Translations under genes and position numbers: made by a program | The notes under the pieces: model-generated | Told to the model about the DNA's origin: nothing | What the model saw: the letters and a program-made list of their open reading frames with translations, nothing else | The model's database searches: none | Part shown: piece by piece, positions 10,501-19,367 of the stretch | How the letters are laid out: each line of letters begins with the position of its first letter | Position numbering within the stretch: the first letter of the stretch is position 1 | Source: Candidatus Tayloriibacteriota bacterium | Lineage (GTDB): Bacteria > Patescibacteriota > Minisyncoccia > Phycocordibacterales > PALSA-1337 | Length of the DNA: 64,000 nucleotides | NCBI GenBank assembly: GCA_016215455.1 | Contig: JACRJP010000002.1 | Span: forward strand, 87,622-151,621 | Reading direction: 5' to 3'

Positions 10501-10517
10501 TTCTTAGGTATACAAAA

Positions 10518-11222
10518 CTAACGAAGGAGAAGGAGTGAGAGTACTGCGATAGCAGCCGTTTCAGCACGAAGCACCTGTGTACCAAGAGAGTATACAGGTG
10601 TTTTGTTTGCTCGGAACAACTCAAGTTCCTTTGGTGACCATCCTCCTTCAGGACCTATGTATACAGCAAAAGGACCTTCTGTAGGTACACCAGACGCTGA
10701 TGTGATAAAAGCACTGCCAGTTGGGTCAAAAGCAGCCTTAGGAATATCATAGTGTGTCAAAGCATCAGTAAGTGTCGCTATCTCATATAGGCGAGGCAAA
10801 ATAACTCTTCCTGACTGTTCAGAGGCTTCGATAATAATCTTTTTAGCTCGTTCGAAGTTAAGATCTTTCTTTTCACTTCTTTCAGATATAAGAGGAATAA
10901 CGCGATCAACCCCGAGCTCAGTCGCTTTTTCAAGAATCCACTCAAAGGTATCTTTCTTGGTAATTGATACAAAAAGATATACTTCCCTTTTGGTACTAAG
11001 AGGCTTTTGTTCTTCATGAGTAACAATTAAACGAGCTTCAGCACCTTCGATGTATTCAATACTTGCTGTATATTCATAGCCTGAATTATCAAATACTATA
11101 ACACTATCACCAGGGGCATAACGAAAGACTTTCTTCCATTGATGTATCAATTGTTCGTTATTGATAACAATATTCTTGGCATTTCCTACCGTTTCCTCAA
11201 TAAAAAATCTATGGAGTCGCAT
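10518..11222 (-). CDS. rsmE: 16S rRNA m3U1498 methyltransferase RsmE
   Basis: MRLHRFF start, EKATELGV, EASEQSGR, IGPEGGWS, LRAETAAI. Confidence 0.93.
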   Translation of the reverse strand: MRLHRFFIEETVGNAKNIVINNEQLIHQWKKVFRYAPGDSVIVFDNSGYEYTASIEYIEGAEARLIVTHEEQKPLSTKREVYLFVSITKKDTFEWILEKATELGVDRVIPLISERSEKKDLNFERAKKIIIEASEQSGRVILPRLYEIATLTDALTHYDIPKAAFDPTGSAFITSASGVPTEGPFAVYIGPEGGWSPKELELFRANKTPVYSLGTQVLRAETAAIAVLSLLLLR

Positions 11223-11312
11223 GTGCACAGTGTACACTGGAGTTTCAGACTCATCAAATACAAAATAAAAAACCACAACCCTAATCTAGGTTATGGCTGA
11301 AACAAGGAATCT

Positions 11313-12203
11313 CTACTCACAGATCATTCCTCTAAGAAAGTTCTCGACCTCACCAGCGTAGCCCGGAAGAACTGCGACAGTAATGTAAGGTGTCGGGACT
11401 GGTGCATGAGGAATCGCTGGATCACAATCATGAACCTCAAGGGTTTCAGGATTAATTCGGAAATACACAACACCGAGCGCTTTCGAGATGCCAAGAACTG
11501 GCACCTCATCCCACGGAGTGCTATGTGCTGGATCGAGGAGTAATATCGCCACCTCCCCTTTCCATAGTCGAGCAAAGAAAGTTCCGTAACTTCCGCCCAA
11601 AACTTCCACATCTTTGCACAAACCACCTTGGCTGTGTTTGAAAAGGATTTTTCGCACCTGACGTGAAAATTCTGTCGGACTCGTATTACTCATCACATAC
11701 CGTCTCGCCAGAGGCATACTGGTATCCGACGCTAAGACCTGATCGACGCCGAAACGGGTGCGGATCGGAACAGGATTCTCGGGATCGAAACCATAGATTT
11801 CTCCAGTGTTCACGTCTCCAACAAATCCTGCAACAATCTTACCGCCACGGACCACACCAACCATGGTACCGACGCCGTGCGATTGTCCTCGAGCAAACGC
11901 TTTGGTGCCATCGAGTGGGTCAATCGTAATATACACATCGTCATGAGGAATGGTGCATGGTCGCCGAAGTCCATCTTCTTCACCAACAAGGCCGAAGCCG
12001 GGCAAATATTTAGTGAAGTGAGTAATATAGACTTCTTGGGCTGCACGATCGGCAGTTGTAACGATGTCTTCGCGAACACCGTCGTAATGTGTCTTGGATT
12101 CAGCAATGAACGTAGCGGCTTGTTCGCGAATGACTGCGATTGCTTCGTGCATTGCTCTCCGAATTACCGGGCCAATCTTTTTGGGATCATATTCAATGTT
12201 CAT
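11313..12203 (-). CDS. Inositol monophosphatase family protein
   Basis: VTTAD, GEE, IDPLDGT and PWD motifs of the IMPase/CysQ superfamily; GC-rich relative to neighbours. Confidence 0.85.
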   Translation of the reverse strand: MNIEYDPKKIGPVIRRAMHEAIAVIREQAATFIAESKTHYDGVREDIVTTADRAAQEVYITHFTKYLPGFGLVGEEDGLRRPCTIPHDDVYITIDPLDGTKAFARGQSHGVGTMVGVVRGGKIVAGFVGDVNTGEIYGFDPENPVPIRTRFGVDQVLASDTSMPLARRYVMSNTSPTEFSRQVRKILFKHSQGGLCKDVEVLGGSYGTFFARLWKGEVAILLLDPAHSTPWDEVPVLGISKALGVVYFRINPETLEVHDCDPAIPHAPVPTPYITVAVLPGYAGEVENFLRGMICE

Positions 12204-12387
12204 GTTCGTTTCCTTTCTATGTGTTCGTACCGATTATCTTCATCCGCTCTCAGAATATCAACCCTGTATGGATTTGTAATAAAAATATGACTGATATGTA
12301 AGAATCGACCAATACTATCTACATATAGATTGATATATAAGGCTATATGTGTAATAATATTATTGTAACTATTTATTACATATATAC

Positions 12388-13113
12388 ATGAAGAACTCAT
12401 CAGTACTCTCCTCTCTAGGTTTATCACCATACGAAACATCTTTATATCATCTTCTGCTCGATACAGGACCAGCATCACCAACCCTCCTACAGAAGCTTTC
12501 AAAAATACACAGACCTCTTGTTTACAAAGCTCTCGAAGGACTTGTCGAAAAACGACTTGTGGCTATTACAGTAAAAGGTAAACGAAAAGTATACATTGCA
12601 GAATCACCTGACAGACTCACTACCCTATTTAAACGTCTCGAAGAAAATCTTCTTTCTGAAATAGAAGAACTCCACACAGTTCATCAGCAATCAAAATCAT
12701 CAAAACCAGTAATTACATTCGGCGAAGGTGAAAGTGCTATTAGAAAGAGCTTCATGGATGTAGTTGCCACTCTCAACAAAAACGAAAAATATTATCGATA
12801 TAGCCCTGGTTACGATTTATTTGATAAAGAAAAATTCCTACCAAGAAAATATAAAAGTGTTCGTGATGCAAAACAAATTGAAAGATACGTAATCGCCAAT
12901 GAAGCAGTAAAAGACCATAAATTTGGAATGAATAAACAAATCAAGATGGTCCCCGCGGCATTTGATCTCTTTAATGACAGAATCGGTCAGGTGGTATATC
13001 GAGATAAAGTGACTATTGTTGATTACGAAAGCAAAACAACAATCACCATCCAACACAAGAAATTTGCTGAATTTCAAAAGAAGATCTTCCGACTCCTATT
13101 TTCAAAGCTTTAA
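12388..13113 (+). CDS. TrmB-family transcriptional regulator
   Basis: LGLSPYE..Y..LL winged-HTH N-terminus, VYKALEGL; C-terminal effector domain. Confidence 0.85.
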   Translation: MKNSSVLSSLGLSPYETSLYHLLLDTGPASPTLLQKLSKIHRPLVYKALEGLVEKRLVAITVKGKRKVYIAESPDRLTTLFKRLEENLLSEIEELHTVHQQSKSSKPVITFGEGESAIRKSFMDVVATLNKNEKYYRYSPGYDLFDKEKFLPRKYKSVRDAKQIERYVIANEAVKDHKFGMNKQIKMVPAAFDLFNDRIGQVVYRDKVTIVDYESKTTITIQHKKFAEFQKKIFRLLFSKL

Positions 13114-13158
13114 AAATGTGTAATATTAGGTAACTAATTAATTTAAATACTTATTACC

Positions 13159-13728
13159 ATGCTTATTCCAACAGTTATCGAAAAAACAAACTTCGGCGAG
13201 CGAGCATACGACATCTATTCTCGACTTCTCAAAGAAAACATCATTTTCCTTGGTGGCCCCATCAATGATCAAGTAGCAAACATTATTATCGCTCAGCTTC
13301 TCTTTTTACAATCAGAAGATCCAAAGAAGGATATTTCACTCTACATTAACTCTCCAGGAGGGTCAGTAACTTCTACTCTTGCTATTATCGACACCATGAA
13401 CCACATCAAAAATGATGTCTCTACAGTCTGTGTCGGTCTCGCTGCTTCAGGCGGTGCTTGGGTTCTCTCTTCAGGAGCTAAAGGTAAGCGTTATGCACTC
13501 GAGAATGCTGAAGTTATGGTCCATCAACCTCTTGGAGGTGCTGAGGGTCAAGCTACTGACATCGAAATCAGTGCCCGCCACATCTTAAAGATGCGAGAAA
13601 ACCTCAATAGAATCCTTTCAAAAAATACAGGTCAACCCCTAGCTAAAATCGAGAAAGATGTTGAACGTGATTTCTACATGAATGCTGAAGAATCTAAAAA
13701 ATACGGCCTTATAGACAAAGTTCTCTAG
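13159..13728 (+). CDS. clpP: ATP-dependent Clp protease proteolytic subunit
   Basis: [21 protein letters not shown] (catalytic Ser), HQPLGG. Confidence 0.97.
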   Translation: MLIPTVIEKTNFGERAYDIYSRLLKENIIFLGGPINDQVANIIIAQLLFLQSEDPKKDISLYINSPGGSVTSTLAIIDTMNHIKNDVSTVCVGLAASGGAWVLSSGAKGKRYALENAEVMVHQPLGGAEGQATDIEISARHILKMRENLNRILSKNTGQPLAKIEKDVERDFYMNAEESKKYGLIDKVL

Positions 13729-13747
13729 GTGTTATATGCTTTGGACA

Positions 13748-13878
13748 TTACTGGATTAATTGCGAAACCACGCCAATCCTAGTAACTCTTTGATGTAGAT
13801 CACCTTCAGTATTTCATCCACTCTCGAAACACCGGTTTACACTACAGAATTTGCTTGATTGCTACGTGGTTTCATTAA
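13748..13878 (+). ncRNA. Structured RNA upstream of rny (cis leader or 6S-like RNA)
   Basis: Long-range pairing TTAAT..GAAACCACG..CAATC with GATTG..CGTGGTTTC ATTAA; alternative hairpin 13748-13785. Confidence 0.45.
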
Positions 13879-13881
13879 AGT

Positions 13882-15411
13882 ATGTCATTAAAAATAGTAG
13901 CGCTTCTTCTCTCCCTTGCAGGTGTTATCGGGGTTGGGATCGGCTACTATCTCCGCCTCATTATTTCCCTTGGAAAAAAGGGTTCGATGGAGCTCGAGAT
14001 TAAAGAAATGCTCTTAGGAGCCAAAGAAGAAGCGAAAAAAATAACAGCAGAGGCACAAAGTAAGTCAGAGAAGTTGATAGAGACAAGTAGAAGTGAGATT
14101 CGTGAAAAAGAAGAGAAGATAAAGCAGGTTGAGGCACGTTTAATCAAAAAAGAAGACTTACTTGATAAACGTCAGCAGGATATTGATAGAGAAGTAGAAA
14201 TTGTTAAGGAAAGAGTTGCTGAAATAAAAACCATTAAAGAACGCGCCGATAAACTCGAGGCGGATCGTCAGGCTGCACTCGAAAAAGCGGCAAATCTTAC
14301 TCAAGAACAAGCTCGAGCTGAAATTATCAGTACCATTGAGAAAAATGCAGCAGAAGATTTGTCAGTACGACTTCAAAAACTTGAGGTTGCTGGAGAAGAC
14401 GTGCTTGAAAATAAGGCAAAGGAAATTCTCGCAACATCAATCCAACGTCTCGCAAACTCAGTGGCAAGTGACATCATGTCAACGATTGTTCCCCTTCCTA
14501 ACGATGAGCTGAAAGGAAAGATAATTGGTAAAGAAGGTCGCAACATAAAGACATTTGAACGTATGACGGGAGTCGAAGTTATCATCGACGATACACCTGG
14601 TGCACTTACCATCTCTTCATTTGATCCTGTGCGACGCCAGGTGGCACGTATGGCTCTCGAAGAACTCATCAAAGACGGCCGTATACAACCAGCAAAGATC
14701 GAAAAGCTTGTTGAAGAATGCCAGGCGAATATCAATAAGATTATTAAAGAAAAAGGAGAACAAGCTGCATACGAATGTGGTGTTTTGAACCTTGATCCTC
14801 GAATTCTCTTGATTCTCGGCCGACTTCATTTTCGAACAAGTTATGGCCAGAATGTTTTGCAGCACTCAATCGAAATGTCACACATTGCAGGTATGATTGC
14901 AGCTGAAATCGGAGCAAACGTGAACGTTGCTAAGGCAGGTGCCCTTCTCCACGATCTTGGTAAGGCACTCGACCATGAAGTAGCCGGTACACATGTTGAA
15001 ATAGGTCGCAGAATTCTCCAGAAATTTAACGTTAGTGAAGATATTATCAAAGCGATGCAAGCGCATCATGAGGAATATCCTTACGAAACAGTTGAATCAC
15101 GAATCGTACAAACCGCTGATGCTATTTCCGGTGCACGTCCTGGTGCTCGACGCGACAGTATCGAAAACTATCTCAAGCGTCTTACAGAACTCGAGGCCAT
15201 TGCTAGTTCATTCCCTGGAGTTGAAAAATCATATGCTCTACAAGCAGGACGAGAAATTCGCATATTTGTTACTCCTGATAGTGTTGATGATTTTGCAGCT
15301 AAAAAACTTGCTCGAGACATCGCTCTCAAGATTGAAAAGGATCTTCGTTACCCTGGAGAAATCAAAGTCACGATCATTCGCGAAACACGAGCTATTGAGT
15401 TTGCGAGATAA
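13882..15411 (+). CDS. rny: Ribonuclease Y
   Basis: N-terminal TM helix, coiled coil, KH domain (GKIIGKEGRNI), HD domain (LLHDLGK). Confidence 0.97.
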   Translation: MSLKIVALLLSLAGVIGVGIGYYLRLIISLGKKGSMELEIKEMLLGAKEEAKKITAEAQSKSEKLIETSRSEIREKEEKIKQVEARLIKKEDLLDKRQQDIDREVEIVKERVAEIKTIKERADKLEADRQAALEKAANLTQEQARAEIISTIEKNAAEDLSVRLQKLEVAGEDVLENKAKEILATSIQRLANSVASDIMSTIVPLPNDELKGKIIGKEGRNIKTFERMTGVEVIIDDTPGALTISSFDPVRRQVARMALEELIKDGRIQPAKIEKLVEECQANINKIIKEKGEQAAYECGVLNLDPRILLILGRLHFRTSYGQNVLQHSIEMSHIAGMIAAEIGANVNVAKAGALLHDLGKALDHEVAGTHVEIGRRILQKFNVSEDIIKAMQAHHEEYPYETVESRIVQTADAISGARPGARRDSIENYLKRLTELEAIASSFPGVEKSYALQAGREIRIFVTPDSVDDFAAKKLARDIALKIEKDLRYPGEIKVTIIRETRAIEFAR

Positions 15412-15585
15412 ACTATACTTTTTGATGATTTCAAAATACTTTTGCATATTTAGCAATAGTGTTTTCTAATTCATAAGGCAATTGCGGCAAACTGTAGCCG
15501 TTATATAATGATTCACGAGGTAGGCTCTAGCGGAATCCCGTTAGATGTTGATTATTAGCGAGCGCAAGCTCAAATAAAGAACACT

Positions 15586-15858
15586 ATGAATAAAGCAGAT
15601 ATCATCGAAGCAGTGCACGCAGTATTGGGTGGTACAAAGGTACAAGCAGAACAAGCAGTTGAAGCAGTAGTCAACTCTATCATCAATACTCTTAAGAAAG
15701 GTGATGAGGTTTCAATCGCTGGCGTGGGTATCTTCTCAGTGAAGATGCGAGCTGCTCGAGAAGCTCGAAACCCTCGAACAGGTGAAGCTATCAAGGTTCC
15801 TGCTATGAAAGTTCCTAAGTTCCGAGCTGCTAAGGCTCTCAAGGACGCTGTAAAATAA
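15586..15858 (+). CDS. hup: DNA-binding protein HU
   Basis: MNKADII..., GVGIF, RNPRTGEAIKVPA, KFRAAKALKDAV. Confidence 0.96.
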   Translation: MNKADIIEAVHAVLGGTKVQAEQAVEAVVNSIINTLKKGDEVSIAGVGIFSVKMRAAREARNPRTGEAIKVPAMKVPKFRAAKALKDAVK

Positions 15859-15898
15859 TCAAGTCAGCGCACAAATAAGGCTCGACTCGAGCATTATT

Positions 15899-15930
15899 AC
15901 AAAAAACCACCATAAGGGTGGTTTTTTGTT
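15899..15930. terminator. Bidirectional terminator between hup and tRNA-Gly
   Basis: AAAAAACCACC-ataag-GGTGGTTTTTT. Confidence 0.8.
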
Positions 15931-15969
15931 ATCTCTGTATTTTAAATAGGTAACCTTATACGAAACAGA

Positions 15970-16043
15970 TGGTGCGGGATGGGGGAATCGAACTCCCGAC
16001 AACAGTTTGGAAAACTGTAGTTTTACCACTAAACTAATCCCGC
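15970..16043 (-). tRNA. tRNA-Gly(TCC)
   Basis: Cloverleaf GCGGGAT..ATCCCGC-ACCA, anticodon loop TTTCCAA, T-loop GTTCGATT. Confidence 0.95.
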
Positions 16044-16065
16044 ATGTGCACCAATATAGCAAAAA

Positions 16066-16410
16066 CTACTTGATTTTACCAGCCCCTTTCCCCTTCTTCT
16101 CATTACTCTTTTTTACTATCTCTACCAAAACATCAAAATCGTCTTCTTTATCAAGCTTTTTTCGACGGATACTACCACACTGAACACACTTGTGAATAAT
16201 GTAGATATCACCTGACATTGTCTCTGATCCTATAGGCTCCATAAGCCCTCCACAGACTTCCCTACGGTCACCAGGGTGAATATCAACATGCTTACTCCAT
16301 AAGCAATACGGACAGTGATTTGTATACCCACTCCCCTTCACTGACGCACCACATCGTCCACAGGAAAAATCCTCAATAGTTCTTTGAAAAAGTTTTGTAT
16401 CACTACTCAT
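16066..16410 (-). CDS. RNHCP-domain protein (Zn-binding)
   Basis: CGRC..YTNHCPYCLWSKHVD..PGDR..C..HKCVQCG pattern. Confidence 0.85.
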   Translation of the reverse strand: MSSDTKLFQRTIEDFSCGRCGASVKGSGYTNHCPYCLWSKHVDIHPGDRREVCGGLMEPIGSETMSGDIYIIHKCVQCGSIRRKKLDKEDDFDVLVEIVKKSNEKKGKGAGKIK

Positions 16411-16425
16411 ACCAGATATTGATTG

Positions 16426-16498
16426 TCGGGGCGCCGGGATTCGAACCCGGAGTCACATGATCCCAAGTCATGCATGTTAGCCGTTACACCACGCCCCG
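16426..16498 (-). tRNA. tRNA-Pro(TGG), CCA not encoded
   Basis: CGGGGCG..CGCCCCG-A acceptor stem, anticodon arm CATGA-CTTGGGA-TCATG. Confidence 0.95.
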
Positions 16499-16879
16499 AA
16501 TTAACCACAACATAGTAGCACACGCTTTGAAAAAACTCCATATTTTAAGCCGAGAGTGGTATTTTCTTCATGAAACAAAGAATACATGTGTTTGATAGAT
16601 ATATTTTAACCAGAACCGCCATAAATATAATCTCTCTGTCACTATCCCCTATTCAACAACACAGACCTGAATAACCATTTAAATTCATAGGCAGTATCTT
16701 CCCGTCCATAGTTGGTTTTGTACTTGATATCAAGCTTTCACCTTCCCAAGAATACGCAGTATCTCTTTGAATAACTGCAACACGGTCTAGTTTTCTAAGT
16801 TTACGGACAACTAGATTTTCTCACAATCACCCAATTTAACAGTCTATTTATTGATATGTTTCATGATTACCATAACTAG

Positions 16880-16895
16880 TGTTTCATGTGAAACA
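16880..16895. promoter_or_regulatory. parS centromere site
   Basis: TGTTTCATGTGAAACA, one mismatch from the parS consensus TGTTTCACGTGAAACA; ~27 kb from oriC. Confidence 0.85.
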
Positions 16896-17126
16896 ATTTA
16901 ATGTCTCTATTAAAATATGTCTTATTAAGGTTATTATGGCTTAACTAGGCTAAATAATTGATAAAATCGGTCTAAAATCCTTCTCAAGAGGTCACGATTA
17001 TAAGCCATTTTTTCTGTCTTTTATTCCCATAATCCCCAAGGTTATCCACAGTTTGGGGAATTCAAGACAAACAAAAAGACCTTGTTTTAAGGTCTTTTTG
17101 TTATATAAAATCTATCCTTTCTTGAA

Positions 17127-17200
17127 TGGTGCGGGTAGAGAGAATCGAACTCTCGCCTCATCCTTGGCAAGGACGTGTGCTACCACTAAACCATACCCGC
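17127..17200 (-). tRNA. tRNA-Gly(GCC)
   Basis: GCGGGTA..TACCCGC-ACCA, anticodon loop TTGCCAA. Confidence 0.95.
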
Positions 17201-17290
17201 ATTTCCTAGTATTTTGCTTTGAAACACCAACAAAAACAACGAAAACAGTATATAACCTAATTTAATTTTACACAATTCACCTCAACAAAC

Positions 17291-17365
17291 TGGTGCTCCC
17301 GGAGGGATTCGAACCCCCAACAACGGTTCCGAAGACCGGTATGATATCCATTTCACCACGAGAGC
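17291..17365 (-). tRNA. tRNA-Arg(TCG)
   Basis: GCTCTCG..CGGGAGC-ACCA, anticodon arm CGGT-CTTCGGA-ACCG. Confidence 0.93.
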
Positions 17366-17434
17366 ATTAAAAAATGCGTGTTTGTATCATACTCTAAGTT
17401 ATGAAAAAGTCCAAAGGTATACTAGAATAGTGCT

Positions 17435-18931
17435 ATGAATTCTACTGTAAAGGGAATAGGTGTGGAAGTACCGAAAGAAGTAATTACTGTCACCGAAACC
17501 CTAAAAAACAAGGGTTTTGAAGCCTATATCGTGGGTGGTTGTGTGCGCGATCTCCTTATAGGCAGAACGCCTAAAGACTGGGATGTAACTACAAACGCGA
17601 CTCCTGAAGAGATAATTACGGCTTTTCCTAAAACATTCTACGAAAACACCTTTGGTACTGTAGGAGTTGTTGATGAAAATACTACCGACGAAAGTTTGAA
17701 GGTGATAGAAGTAACTCCATACCGCCTTGAAACGGGCTATAGTGACTTTAGACGCCCGGATGAAGTAAAGTTCAGTAAACACCTCAAAGATGATCTTGAA
17801 CGTCGTGATTTCACGATTAACGCGTTAGCAGCGGATGTGGCTAATGGAAAAATTGCCAACATTCTTGATTTCCATAACGGACAAAAAGATTTAAAAGACA
17901 AAACCTTACGTGCGGTAGGGGATGCCAATGAAAGATTTCATGAGGATGCGCTTCGCAGCCTACGTGCCGTCAGAATAGCCACAGAATTAGGTTTCATGAT
18001 TAACAAGGAGACTGAGGAAGCTATTGTTACACATGTAACATTACTCAAACACATCTCTTGGGAGCGAATTCGAGACGAATTCAGTAGAATACTCATGTCA
18101 GACTACCCAGCTAATGGTATATTCTTGGCTCAACGACTTGGTATAATCAAAGAGATTGTACCTGAACTCGAAGCAGGAATAGGTGTAGAACAGAATCAGG
18201 CTCACGCTTTTGATGTATGGACACACCTCCTAAAGTCACTTCAGCATGCCGCTGATAAGAAATGGCCTCTCGATATCCGACTTGCGGCTCTATTTCACGA
18301 TATATCAAAACCTGAAACACGAAGATTTTCACATGAAACACAACAATGGACATTCTATGGCCACGAAGTAGTTGGTTCACGTGTAACACAGAAAATACTT
18401 GATCGACTCAAATACCCACGTAAAACAATAGACAAGGTTGTGAAACTCGTTCGTTGGCATATGTTCTTCTCAGACACAGAAAGTATTTCTCTATCGGCTG
18501 TACGTAGAATGATTGCTAATGTTGGCACAGAAAACATCTGGGATCTCATGAATGTTCGTATTTGTGACCGAATAGGGACGGGAAGACCTAAAGAAAACCC
18601 TTACAGACTCAGAAAATACCAATCAATGATCGAAGAAGCTCTTCATGACCCTGTTTCTGTCGCAATGCTCAAAATAGATGGAAAAAAGATAATGGAGGTT
18701 ACAAAAATAACACCGGGACCAAAAATAGGGCAGGTTCTTAATGCCTTACTTGAAGATGTCCTTGAAAATCCATCTCATAATACAGCCGAATATCTTGAAA
18801 ACACAGCCAAAAAACTGATCGAACTGAGTGACGAGGAGCTAAAAAAGAGAGGGGAAGCAGGAAAAGAGCTTCGTGAGGCCGAAGAAGAGAAGAATCTCGA
18901 GGAAATACGGAAAAAATACCACGTTTCATAA
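17435..18931 (+). CDS. cca: CCA-adding tRNA nucleotidyltransferase with HD domain
   Basis: VGGCVRD..DWD, RRDFTINA, EDALRSLRA, ERIRDE, LFHDISK. Confidence 0.92.
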   Translation: MNSTVKGIGVEVPKEVITVTETLKNKGFEAYIVGGCVRDLLIGRTPKDWDVTTNATPEEIITAFPKTFYENTFGTVGVVDENTTDESLKVIEVTPYRLETGYSDFRRPDEVKFSKHLKDDLERRDFTINALAADVANGKIANILDFHNGQKDLKDKTLRAVGDANERFHEDALRSLRAVRIATELGFMINKETEEAIVTHVTLLKHISWERIRDEFSRILMSDYPANGIFLAQRLGIIKEIVPELEAGIGVEQNQAHAFDVWTHLLKSLQHAADKKWPLDIRLAALFHDISKPETRRFSHETQQWTFYGHEVVGSRVTQKILDRLKYPRKTIDKVVKLVRWHMFFSDTESISLSAVRRMIANVGTENIWDLMNVRICDRIGTGRPKENPYRLRKYQSMIEEALHDPVSVAMLKIDGKKIMEVTKITPGPKIGQVLNALLEDVLENPSHNTAEYLENTAKKLIELSDEELKKRGEAGKELREAEEEKNLEEIRKKYHVS

Positions 18932-18947
18932 GAAACATACGGTAATT

Positions 18948-18993
18948 ACAACAAAAAAGCCCTTCTATCATTCGATAGAAGGGCTTTTTTGTT
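18948..18993. terminator. Bidirectional terminator (cca / 19 kb RNA)
   Basis: AACAAAAAAGCCCTTCTATC-attc-GATAGAAGGGCTTTTTTGTT. Confidence 0.88.
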
Positions 18994-19010
18994 AATCATG
19001 AAACATATTT

Positions 19011-19300
19011 CAGATAAATCCCCATAAATAAACTAACCGCGCTTGAAGAACAAGAGTAGGAACAGTTCTTCGCACGCGGTTTTGAGAGAAATCCACGTGC
19101 TTGCCAAAAGGGGTTTAAGTAATTTTCTTCTAAAAAGAAGTGATTTCCTAGAGGGAAACCTAAAAATATACTTGTGAAGAAATACTTCAACCAGCCTAAG
19201 CCAAACAAGGGTTTTCAATAACTACCCACTACGTTGGAAAAGAGCTGGTGGACTAAATGTCCTATAGTCACCGTACCTCGGTGTATGTGACTTTTATCTG
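19011..19300 (-). ncRNA. Candidate large structured ncRNA A (unassigned)
   Basis: Own promoter TTTACA-16-TATACT with extended TG (19333-19306); 5'/3' closing stem CAGATAAA/TTTATCTG; about 8 internal helices; ends at the bidirectional terminator. Confidence 0.6.
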
Positions 19301-19367
19301 GGATTAGTATAGCAACTGTAAAAGACATGTAAAGGACTTACTGTGGATAAGTCACAATAAATGTCCT

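Noticed and set aside
18996-19218. ORF-track 70-aa and 61-aa ORFs
   Set aside because: TTG starts, two overlapping frames and no motif; the dense pairing is better explained as RNA structure.
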